Below, one piece after another: positions 56,113 to 64,000 of a stretch of DNA of 64,000 bases; positions within the stretch are counted from its first letter, which is position 1, and each line of letters opens with the position of its first letter. The position numbers were made by a program, and so were the translations under genes. The notes under the pieces are model-generated. The model was not told the origin of the DNA. It did no database searches and worked only from the letters and a program-made list of their open reading frames with translations. Source of the stretch: Candidatus Moraniibacteriota bacterium (lineage in GTDB: Bacteria; Patescibacteriota; Minisyncoccia; Moranbacterales; DUUL01); NCBI GenBank assembly GCA_012841575.1, contig DUUL01000039.1:38954-102953 (forward strand). Direction: 5' to 3'.

Positions 56113-56988
56113 TTAATTAAATTCACTTAACCACTCCTTAACCGCTTCTTCATAGTGTCTCAATTTTGGAAATTTAGTGTTAACTAAAACTGAAGACTCA
56201 GCTCTTTTTGCTGGGCGAGGAAATTCATCAGGAGTAACTGGAATAACCCTGGGTTTATTGGGATCAACTTCTGCCAATTCGAAAAGCTTCTTGACTCCCT
56301 CATACCAGGTAACCGCCCCCTCGTTAATTATGTGATAAATACCAAAATTATAGTCTTTTTCAATTAAATCTTTGGTGGCTAGAGCTAAGTCTGGAGTATA
56401 GGTGAAACAAGATCGCTCACTATCAACTACTTTCAGTTCATCTTTCTCCTTAGCCAAACCAAGCATTACCTCAAAAAAACTTTTTTTAGCTGCTTCGCTT
56501 TTGGCAGGTCTCCCAAAAAGCTTGGAAATTCTAATAAGATAATACTTTCCCTCGACTGCCTCCACTCTCCGCTCTCCCTCTGCTTTAGACTGGCCGTAAT
56601 TAGAAATTGGAGAGGGTTTATCATCTTCAAAATACTCTCCCTTTTCCCCATCAAAAATATAATCTGAGACATATTGCACAAAAATTGAGTCAATGTCTTT
56701 GGCTACTTTTGCCAAAATTTCGGGTCCAACTGCATTCACTTTCATTGCTAAGTCAAATTCCGAGTCACTCTCTTCAGCTTTGTCAACAGCATTATAAGCA
56801 GCTGCATTAATGATAATGTTAGGCTTTTCATCTAAAATTTTTTTCCTTACCATCTCCTCAAGAGTGATGTCAATGTCTTCACGATCCCAAGCAATTACTT
56901 CATAAGAAGAATCCCCTGAAAAAGCTTTTGCTAAATCTCCCCCCAGCATACCCTTTGCCCCAATGATAATTACCTTTCTTTTTTTCAT
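56113..56988 (-). CDS. rmlD: dTDP-4-dehydrorhamnose reductase
   Basis: KVIIIGAKGMLGGDL Rossmann. RmlD-like length and YGQSK catalytic pair. Confidence 0.8.
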   Translation of the reverse strand: MKKRKVIIIGAKGMLGGDLAKAFSGDSSYEVIAWDREDIDITLEEMVRKKILDEKPNIIINAAAYNAVDKAEESDSEFDLAMKVNAVGPEILAKVAKDIDSIFVQYVSDYIFDGEKGEYFEDDKPSPISNYGQSKAEGERRVEAVEGKYYLIRISKLFGRPAKSEAAKKSFFEVMLGLAKEKDELKVVDSERSCFTYTPDLALATKDLIEKDYNFGIYHIINEGAVTWYEGVKKLFELAEVDPNKPRVIPVTPDEFPRPAKRAESSVLVNTKFPKLRHYEEAVKEWLSEFN

Positions 56989-57008
56989 TTTAATTAATTA
57001 GATGTTAT

Positions 57009-58124
57009 TTACTTAATTTTAGTGTAACGAGAAATGTTGAGCAAGATTCCAATGCTAAAAAGCGTAAGTAGTAAAGAGGTTGAACCATAGCTAATTAAAG
57101 GCAAAGTTATTCCCGTTAAAGGAATTAGTCCTAGAATAGCCATAATATTAACAAAAGCCTGCAAAACAATCCAAGTGGTTATTCCTGCCGCCGTTAAAGA
57201 AGCAAATTTATCTGGAGCTTGCTTAGCTATTCGGTAGCCTCTGAGTGCAAAAAATAAATAAAAAATAACAATTATCACCGCTCCAATCATTCCCAATTCT
57301 TCACCCACTATCGCATAAATACTGTCTCCGATTGGTTCTGGCAAGTAGTTAAATTTTTGGCGACTCTGACCAAGACCTAGCCCAAATATTCCACCACTTC
57401 CAATCGCAATTAAGGCCTGATTGATTTGATAGCCACTTCCCTGAACATCGGCTCCACTATCCAAGAAAGAAAGTAGCCTCTCTTTTCGATAGGTAGAGGT
57501 ATTAATTAAAATCAATAAGGAACTAACTCCACTCACAATTAATAAGAAAATATACTTCAGAGGCGCACCAGCTAAAAAATACATAACTAAGGCTATCATA
57601 GTAATTACCCCCAGAGAACCAATGTCTGGCTGAGCAATAATAAGCACCGCCATTATTCCAACAAAAATACTAAAGGGTAAAAAACCCTCCTGGAAAGAAG
57701 CTAGCTGTTTTTTTCGTCCCTCCATCCAGGCGGCTAGATAGATAATTAAGGCAAGTTTAGCAAACTCAACTGGTTGAAAAGATGCCCAGCCCAAATCAAT
57801 CCAACTTCTTGCTCCTTTTATTTCCATCCCCCAAAGTTGAGGAATTAAAACTAAAACGAGTAATCCAACCGCTAATCCAAATAAAATTAAGGCATTTCTC
57901 TTCCAGAAACGATAATGAATTTTAAGCGCCAAAAACATGACAATTATGCCTGGAATAACCCCGAATAGAAAATGTCTTCTAAAAAGATGGTATTCATCAC
58001 CAAACCTTGTTTTTGAAAGTACTGCCCCGGTTAATGCAATCATAGTCAAACCAAAGGCAAGCAAGGCTAAAGTTGCGATTAATAAAGAAAAGTCTATTTT
58101 CCCTGTCTCTTTTCTGTAAGCCAT
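57009..58124 (-). CDS. SEDS-family peptidoglycan glycosyltransferase (FtsW/RodA)
   Basis: 371 aa with 10 TM segments. Conserved IDLGWASFQPVEFAK and PEPIGDSIYAIVGEELG-like SEDS blocks. Confidence 0.9.
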   Translation of the reverse strand: MAYRKETGKIDFSLLIATLALLAFGLTMIALTGAVLSKTRFGDEYHLFRRHFLFGVIPGIIVMFLALKIHYRFWKRNALILFGLAVGLLVLVLIPQLWGMEIKGARSWIDLGWASFQPVEFAKLALIIYLAAWMEGRKKQLASFQEGFLPFSIFVGIMAVLIIAQPDIGSLGVITMIALVMYFLAGAPLKYIFLLIVSGVSSLLILINTSTYRKERLLSFLDSGADVQGSGYQINQALIAIGSGGIFGLGLGQSRQKFNYLPEPIGDSIYAIVGEELGMIGAVIIVIFYLFFALRGYRIAKQAPDKFASLTAAGITTWIVLQAFVNIMAILGLIPLTGITLPLISYGSTSLLLTLFSIGILLNISRYTKIK

Positions 58125-58166
58125 AAAAACTAAAAATTACCATCTCTCGGTTTCATCACACCAACG

Positions 58167-60794
58167 CTAATCTTGCTCCAAAACTACTCCTAAAAAACGA
58201 TCTTCTTTTAAATCAGAATCTAAAATTAGGCTATTGTTACTTCTAGTTAGGGTTTGTGGGTATTGCCAAATAATCTTATTCATTGGCAAATTAATTTCTG
58301 CTCTCAGCTTAGAACCTAGAGAGCCCGCCTGCTTTTGGTAAAGAACAGAATAGCTTTTACTAAAATCACCCTCCCACTTGAATGGCAATTGATAATTATA
58401 GAAAACCTCAACTGTTTCTCCCGGAGAAACATAATTCCAATTAGCGAAAACGGTCTTATCTTCTTCTTCATAAATTCTGGTTCCTGATTCAAAATCAACG
58501 ACCATTCCACTTTCTTGTTTTTTCACATCGGGATCTTCTACGAATCCTAATTTTTTATAATCGACAGGAGGCTCAGTAAACTCACGCACTTGTCCACTCA
58601 CTGATAGCAAACGACTTCCCTTGGGTACATAAACTCGCATGTAATTGGCATTAACTTTATTCCACTCACTATAGTCAGTTTGCCCTCCCTTGTGAACTCT
58701 TTTAATTTTTACCGCGCCTAAAATATTGCCCTGACTATCAACCTCTACTTTATGATCAATGCTCTCATCAATTACTCCATCTGTCTTGAAACCGTTAACG
58801 TTAGTATTAATCACCATTAAATAGTCTTTTGGGACCTGCATTATTTCCCCTGCCCACCCACGTGAAGAAATTACTTGCTGAATTTCGCTATTAGATGAAT
58901 AAAATAAAATTTGTTTTTCTTTTAAACTGTCGCTCACTAAAGACAGTAGCCTTGCTGCTGTTTTAGGGTCTTTGGTTTCAAAAATTCGAGCCAATATTTG
59001 TGGAGCCAGATCCGCCAAAATTCCTTTTGGATCAACAACATCCTCTCCTTCAAGCCCCTGCTCTTTGTTTTCCTGATCAACCTCCTCAATTACTCTTCTA
59101 ATTTCTCGATTAAAGTTCTCCTCTGTTATTATTTTGTTGTAATCTGCCATCTCGATCGGACCAGTAACTTCTAACATTCTTTGTAAAACATCGGGAGTAA
59201 AGGTGATAACTCCATCAATCGTTGGTCCACCCGTTTTTTCATAAAACCAAGCAACCTTTTGAGCAGAAGTGGGAAAATGAGGAAACCAATTAGCATCATG
59301 TGTCGACCAGCCAGCCGATATTTTTTGGATTGGCTCGGGTGGAATAACTTTTTCCCTTAACTGTCCATCTGGATTATAAATGCCCTCAATCTTAAAATCT
59401 TTAATCCTCCCATCAGCAACACTGATCAGGCCATAACTACCAATGAAACCACCAGTAGCACGCATTTCATGATTATTTTGAAAAAGTAAAAGATACTTTC
59501 TTGGTCCATTATGCCCTAGTAACTCCAAAAAAACTTGGCTATTACTTTCAATGGTATCAATCATTTCAATCACTCGCGGAATAGTTTTTTTAATTGCAAT
59601 GATATTATCCCGATAGTTTTCCGGCACATCTTTATCCTTCACCTTTTCTAAATCCTCTTGAGCTGATTCAATCTTTGTTTTAGCACTTAAAAGCTGCTGT
59701 CTCATTCTTAAAAATAATTCTGTTAGCGATTCGTTTGACTGACTATCCTCAAAAGAAAAAGGATTTTTAATATTACTCACTTCAGATAAGAGAGGCGCTA
59801 AATCTGCACCAGCATCAGCCAAGCTATTGCCTGCTTTAATTAAATTCTTCCCACTGCTTAACCTTGAAAGATATGGCAAGGAAGAGAATAAATCTAAAGC
59901 GTCGCCCCCTAAAGCATCAACTTGACTTTGTAGACTATTTAAATCTGTTTGAATTGCATCAAAATTATAAGTGAGAGATTCTAAGTCATTTTCCTCTAAA
60001 GCTGTTTTAACGCCCTTGACTCTGACATTTAAGTCTGTTTTTTGTTTATCTAAACTTCCCTTCAACTGAAATGCATAAGAGCCAAAAACTACACCAAATA
60101 CTACTAACCCACCAGCAAAAGCAGTTCCAGCAAACTTCCACCATCCAGACAAGCCACCCCTCCAGCCTAAAAAATCAACTTCTGAAAAAAAATTACTTCC
60201 TTGCTCCTTATTATCAGCTTCATTAGCCAGAAAATCTTTTAACTTTTCTTCCTGTTTTTTTTCTTTATAGTGAGCGTGTAGTTTTTGAGGTGGAATAAAA
60301 TCTGCCTGAGGCGCTATCTGTTTTGACTGACTTAATGGCACTGAAGTCGCTGCTAGCCTATTTAATTTATTGTTACTTCTCAATTGATTAAGGGGAGTAG
60401 TTGCATTTAGCCTAGGAGTAAAAGGCAAACTTCCCTTCCGAATAATATCAGAATTGGGTATTTTTTTGTGTTCTGGAATAAAACTAGATTTAATTAAAGG
60501 AGGTGTTTCTTTTTTGTCTCTTTTAATGCGATTAAATTCTAAGTAGGAGTAGTCTAAATGCTCTTGAAAAACAAAAGCCTGAGGAGAAATCTTTTTTTGT
60601 AGACCACTGAACCTTTGATGGTCTCTTCTAGCTTGATTAACCAACAATTCACTTCCCGTCTTTCTCTTTGACCATCCATCTAAAACAGGTTTCTTCGTGC
60701 TTAAGTCATCTTTTTTCAAAAAAGAATCTGTTTCAACTAAATCTAGAAAGGATTGCTCTAGAGAGTAATTTTGTTTCTTTTGATTATCTCGCAT
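58167..60794 (-). CDS. Large single-pass membrane protein with ~650-aa extracytoplasmic domain (possibly DUF4012-like)
   Basis: A TM segment at aa ~215-240 follows a charged N-terminal cytoplasmic region. The family name is recalled from memory and not verified. Confidence 0.45.
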   Translation of the reverse strand: MRDNQKKQNYSLEQSFLDLVETDSFLKKDDLSTKKPVLDGWSKRKTGSELLVNQARRDHQRFSGLQKKISPQAFVFQEHLDYSYLEFNRIKRDKKETPPLIKSSFIPEHKKIPNSDIIRKGSLPFTPRLNATTPLNQLRSNNKLNRLAATSVPLSQSKQIAPQADFIPPQKLHAHYKEKKQEEKLKDFLANEADNKEQGSNFFSEVDFLGWRGGLSGWWKFAGTAFAGGLVVFGVVFGSYAFQLKGSLDKQKTDLNVRVKGVKTALEENDLESLTYNFDAIQTDLNSLQSQVDALGGDALDLFSSLPYLSRLSSGKNLIKAGNSLADAGADLAPLLSEVSNIKNPFSFEDSQSNESLTELFLRMRQQLLSAKTKIESAQEDLEKVKDKDVPENYRDNIIAIKKTIPRVIEMIDTIESNSQVFLELLGHNGPRKYLLLFQNNHEMRATGGFIGSYGLISVADGRIKDFKIEGIYNPDGQLREKVIPPEPIQKISAGWSTHDANWFPHFPTSAQKVAWFYEKTGGPTIDGVITFTPDVLQRMLEVTGPIEMADYNKIITEENFNREIRRVIEEVDQENKEQGLEGEDVVDPKGILADLAPQILARIFETKDPKTAARLLSLVSDSLKEKQILFYSSNSEIQQVISSRGWAGEIMQVPKDYLMVINTNVNGFKTDGVIDESIDHKVEVDSQGNILGAVKIKRVHKGGQTDYSEWNKVNANYMRVYVPKGSRLLSVSGQVREFTEPPVDYKKLGFVEDPDVKKQESGMVVDFESGTRIYEEEDKTVFANWNYVSPGETVEVFYNYQLPFKWEGDFSKSYSVLYQKQAGSLGSKLRAEINLPMNKIIWQYPQTLTRSNNSLILDSDLKEDRFLGVVLEQD

Positions 60795-60819
60795 TTTATT
60801 TTTACTATTTGATCAAAAT

Positions 60820-61986
60820 TTATTTTACCGCTAGAACCTTTTTATAAACAACTAATAATTTTTGTGCTGCCAACTCCCAATTAAACTTTTGAACCATTTT
60901 AGCACTTTCTTTAGCGGAAATTTTTCTATCATCATTTAGTGCTGCTTTAATCCCAAGGTATATTGTATTATAGCTTCGCGGATCAAAGTAACAAACACTT
61001 CTCCCTAGGATTTCTGGCATGCAAGTCATATTAGAAGAAACAACTGAAGCTCCCTTCATTAATGCTTCCAACGGCGGCAGCCCAAACCCTTCATATAACG
61101 AGGGAAAAACATACAGTCTAGTGTGCTTATACAAAATATCCAAGTCTTCATCCGAAACATAGCCTGCCAAAACTACCCCCTGAACTTCATTTTCATTAAT
61201 AAATCTGCCCAATCGCTCATAAAAGTAATCTTTTTTTCCAACCAAAACCAATGCTAGCTCTGGATATTCTTTTCTAATCTTCTTATAAGCCAAAACCAGG
61301 TTCTCTAAGTTTTTATGCGGATAGGCATTTCCAACATACAACAAATACTGCTTCTTGATTATACCATGTTTTTTCAAAATCTCCTCATCGCCATTTTGAG
61401 AAACAAAACAATGAAAATCGACTCCCTCATAGATCAGCTCAATTTTATCTTTTTTAATTTTAAGTCGCTTGATTATGTCCTGCTTTGTGTACTGAGAAAC
61501 TGCAATAATCTTTTCTGAACGCTGAGCTGCACTTTTAATTACTAATCGATAAACTAGTAATTTAAAATAATAGAAATAACGATTTAATGTCGTATTTTTA
61601 ACCGTTGGATAATGCAGCAAAATTAAATCATGAATAGTAACAATAAACCTTTTTCGATAAAACAAAGGAACATTAAAATGGCAAAAATGCATCAAATCAA
61701 GGTTGTGTCTAATTAGCAATAAAGGGAAAACAAACTGCTCGCCAAAACCATACCACCTAAAATCAGCTAAAACTTTCTTAAAATTGTTAGCTTTTGGTTG
61801 ATATAAATCAAAATTTTCTTTGCGTAAAAAAATAACATATTCAATCTCTTTATTGCCACCATCAATTTTTTCTAAATAGTCAACTGTTTTTTGGCAGTAA
61901 CGACCCAAGCCCTTATTTTGAGGACCATAAAAACGAGCATCAATTCCTATTCTTTTTATCTTTTTTTGTTTTTTATTTCTCTTCAT
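60820..61986 (-). CDS. GT4 family glycosyltransferase
   Basis: EGFGLPPLEALMKGASVV GT4 donor-binding motif. Confidence 0.85.
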   Translation of the reverse strand: MKRNKKQKKIKRIGIDARFYGPQNKGLGRYCQKTVDYLEKIDGGNKEIEYVIFLRKENFDLYQPKANNFKKVLADFRWYGFGEQFVFPLLLIRHNLDLMHFCHFNVPLFYRKRFIVTIHDLILLHYPTVKNTTLNRYFYYFKLLVYRLVIKSAAQRSEKIIAVSQYTKQDIIKRLKIKKDKIELIYEGVDFHCFVSQNGDEEILKKHGIIKKQYLLYVGNAYPHKNLENLVLAYKKIRKEYPELALVLVGKKDYFYERLGRFINENEVQGVVLAGYVSDEDLDILYKHTRLYVFPSLYEGFGLPPLEALMKGASVVSSNMTCMPEILGRSVCYFDPRSYNTIYLGIKAALNDDRKISAKESAKMVQKFNWELAAQKLLVVYKKVLAVK

Positions 61987-62021
61987 AACGATATCATAGC
62001 ATAATTATCCCAAATGGAAAA

Positions 62022-63164
62022 TTACAAAAAATCTTTTAATTTCAGTCTCTTTTTTGCCATAAAAGCAATTTTCTCTGCCTGTTTTTTACCTCTTAAAACA
62101 TGTTTTTTTTGCAATGACGGACTTTCTAAAATTAACTTAATGGCTTGAAAAATATCTTCTACACTATAAGCATCAACTAAAATCGCTGCCTCTCCAGCAA
62201 CCTCGGGTAAAGAGGAATTATTTGCCGCAATCACAGGCGCTCCACTCGCCATTGCCTCTGCAACTGGAAATCCAAAGCCTTCGAAAAAAGAAGGAAAAAT
62301 AAAAGCCTTTGCTCCTGCGTAAATGCTAACCTTATCAGAACTTTTAACGTAACCTGGAAAAATAATTTCTTGTTTATATTTTGACTTTTCAACACAATTC
62401 AAAACTTGATTGTACTTCCAACCCAATTGACCCGCTAACACTAATTTTAAATTTTGCCCAATTTTTTCTTTTTTAACTAACTCATAAGCTAAAATTAAAT
62501 TGACAAGATTTTTACGTGGCTCAATTGTTCCCAGATAGAGCAAGTAATCTTTCGGTAAAGAATAACCCTTGATCACTTTTTTAATTTGATTTTCAGTCGG
62601 CTTGTTTTTCAAAAAATAATCCAGTGTTTTGATTGGCGTTATTATTTTAATTTTTTTAGGATTAATATTGTAAATACCAATCAAATCATCTTGTGTAGAA
62701 AGTGACACTGCCAGTAATTTATCCGCGCGTTGACAAAGTTTTTTAGGATTAATAATAAAATGCCACAACCGCTTTTTAAGAGAAAAAAATTCAGGAAAAC
62801 GCTCAAAAGAGAGGTCATGAATCGTTAAAACAAGCGGGCAATTTTTACTTAAAGCTAGAAAAGAAATGTTGGGAGACCAAAAAACATCCACTCCTCCCAA
62901 AAGAACATCCAACTTTGGCCAACCTAAAAACCAGACCAGAAAATTGAATAATTTATTAGGGAATTTATATCTTCTTATTTCAACATTTTGATATTTCTCT
63001 AGGTAGCTTAAATCAGCTTTAATTGGCTTAAAGCTGTTGTAAAAAAGCAAAAAATCATCCCCTGGATTATCCTTAATCAACTGAATTAAAAGGCCCTTTG
63101 CATACTCACCTACCCCAGTAATTTTTTCTTCAACTAAAGAACGAATGTCAAATCCAACTCTCAT
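62022..63164 (-). CDS. GT4 family glycosyltransferase
   Basis: EGFGFPVAEAMASGAPVIAANNSSLPEVAG GT4 motif. Confidence 0.85.
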   Translation of the reverse strand: MRVGFDIRSLVEEKITGVGEYAKGLLIQLIKDNPGDDFLLFYNSFKPIKADLSYLEKYQNVEIRRYKFPNKLFNFLVWFLGWPKLDVLLGGVDVFWSPNISFLALSKNCPLVLTIHDLSFERFPEFFSLKKRLWHFIINPKKLCQRADKLLAVSLSTQDDLIGIYNINPKKIKIITPIKTLDYFLKNKPTENQIKKVIKGYSLPKDYLLYLGTIEPRKNLVNLILAYELVKKEKIGQNLKLVLAGQLGWKYNQVLNCVEKSKYKQEIIFPGYVKSSDKVSIYAGAKAFIFPSFFEGFGFPVAEAMASGAPVIAANNSSLPEVAGEAAILVDAYSVEDIFQAIKLILESPSLQKKHVLRGKKQAEKIAFMAKKRLKLKDFL

Positions 63165-63181
63165 AAAAGGTTTTCAAAATA

Positions 63182-63799
63182 TTATTCATGCCAATAGTGT
63201 CTTAACAAAACAATGAGAACTGCGGTCCAAAAACCAAATAAAACAGCAAATATATTTGCTGGCCAAAAGGGAACTTTTTTTTCTTCAATAACTGTTTCTC
63301 CAAAAACTAACTTAAACCAAAAATCATCTTTTCCTGGTGCCAGGCTAGCTACTCTTTCGCTAATCACTTCTTTAATCTCACTCACAATCAAATTTACTTC
63401 AATAGGCTCATCAACTGAAAATTCGACTTTGATAAAGCCAGGAGAAAGCTGTTCAGCTACTAAGGTTTTTTTTACTCGAGCTTGAGTAGCGTCGCTCAAT
63501 TCATTCAGATTATCAAAAATAAGCTTTAACGTTCCGGAATTTTTTAGCCACTGAACAATTTCTTTGCTAAATAAATTACTTGCCTCCATTTGATAAAAAT
63601 AATCGTATTCATTTTGATTTGCCGTTGAATCATTTTTCTGAATTTGACTAGTTCGGCTTAAGCCAATCGGAAATGTAACTTGATAGCTTTGTGGCCAAAA
63701 AACAAGTACCAACTCAACTATCACAATAAATAAAACCCAGGTTACCAGAAAAATAGACTTGTCCTTTTTAATTATTTTTAAATATTCTTTTAATTCCAT
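63182..63799 (-). CDS. Wzz-like polysaccharide chain-length determinant (short two-TM form)
   Basis: TM helices at the N- and C-termini flank a ~150-aa periplasmic segment. It heads the operon that contains two GT4 genes. Confidence 0.45.
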   Translation of the reverse strand: MELKEYLKIIKKDKSIFLVTWVLFIVIVELVLVFWPQSYQVTFPIGLSRTSQIQKNDSTANQNEYDYFYQMEASNLFSKEIVQWLKNSGTLKLIFDNLNELSDATQARVKKTLVAEQLSPGFIKVEFSVDEPIEVNLIVSEIKEVISERVASLAPGKDDFWFKLVFGETVIEEKKVPFWPANIFAVLFGFWTAVLIVLLRHYWHE

Positions 63800-64000
63800 A
63801 GACTTAAATCACAGCTTAGTTTTTCAGTTTAGCTTAGGATATAGTTAAAATCAAGCTATTATTCTTAATCCTTTATTAATTTTATACACTCTTTAAGATG
63901 AGACTTCTTTATACCAGAAATTATCTTTTGTGAAAGTATTCTCGATGACAAAGATTTTGTTAAATATATTATTAAATTTTACAGACACAAAAAACCTGTT

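Overview
This is a low-GC, gene-dense, largely operonic window with the hallmarks of a Candidate Phyla Radiation (Patescibacteria) genome. It opens with the tail of the ribosomal protein operon, L6-L18-S5-L15-SecY. L30 is absent between S5 and L15, and S5 carries a lysine-rich tail; both are typical of CPR. About 19 kb of + strand cell-surface glycan biosynthesis genes follow (3.9-22.5 kb). They include MraY, a Wzm/Wzt-type ABC exporter whose ATPase has a C-terminal carbohydrate-binding domain, two methyltransferases, an NAD-dependent epimerase, several GT2/GT4 glycosyltransferases, a giant 1515-aa four-domain glycosyltransferase, and a GtrB-like polyprenyl-phosphate glycosyltransferase with a polytopic GT-C-like partner. 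The part most likely to be undescribed is a five-gene + strand operon at 22.5-28.9 kb. It encodes a lipoprotein, a SpoIID/LytB-domain protein, a 657-aa Cys-rich helical repeat protein, a small Cys-rich membrane protein, and an S8 subtilisin. Three of these proteins share 8-9 copies of a ~45-aa aromatic repeat (consensus roughly RFYS..HFYTIS..E....Y....W.YEGIAW), so it looks like a modular secreted, surface-targeting enzyme system. The remainder is housekeeping. There are four tRNAs (Gly-UCC, Thr-CGU, Lys-UUU, Glu-CUC). prfB carries a canonical CTT-TGA-C programmed +1 frameshift, which also shows that UGA is a stop codon here. Other housekeeping genes are eno, a PfkB kinase, an ADP-forming acetyl-CoA synthetase, recJ, polyprenyl synthase, uppS, trxA/trxB, malic enzyme, rplI, pyrG, rpmA and gltX. 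A second minus-strand envelope cluster lies at 52-64 kb (TagA/WecB, RmlD, FtsW/RodA, two GT4, a Wzz-like protein). No CRISPR array, rRNA, transposase or integrase was recognised. All calls rest on reading the provided translations for motifs. No database search was run, so family names are from memory, and coordinates of sub-gene features are approximate to within about 10 nt.
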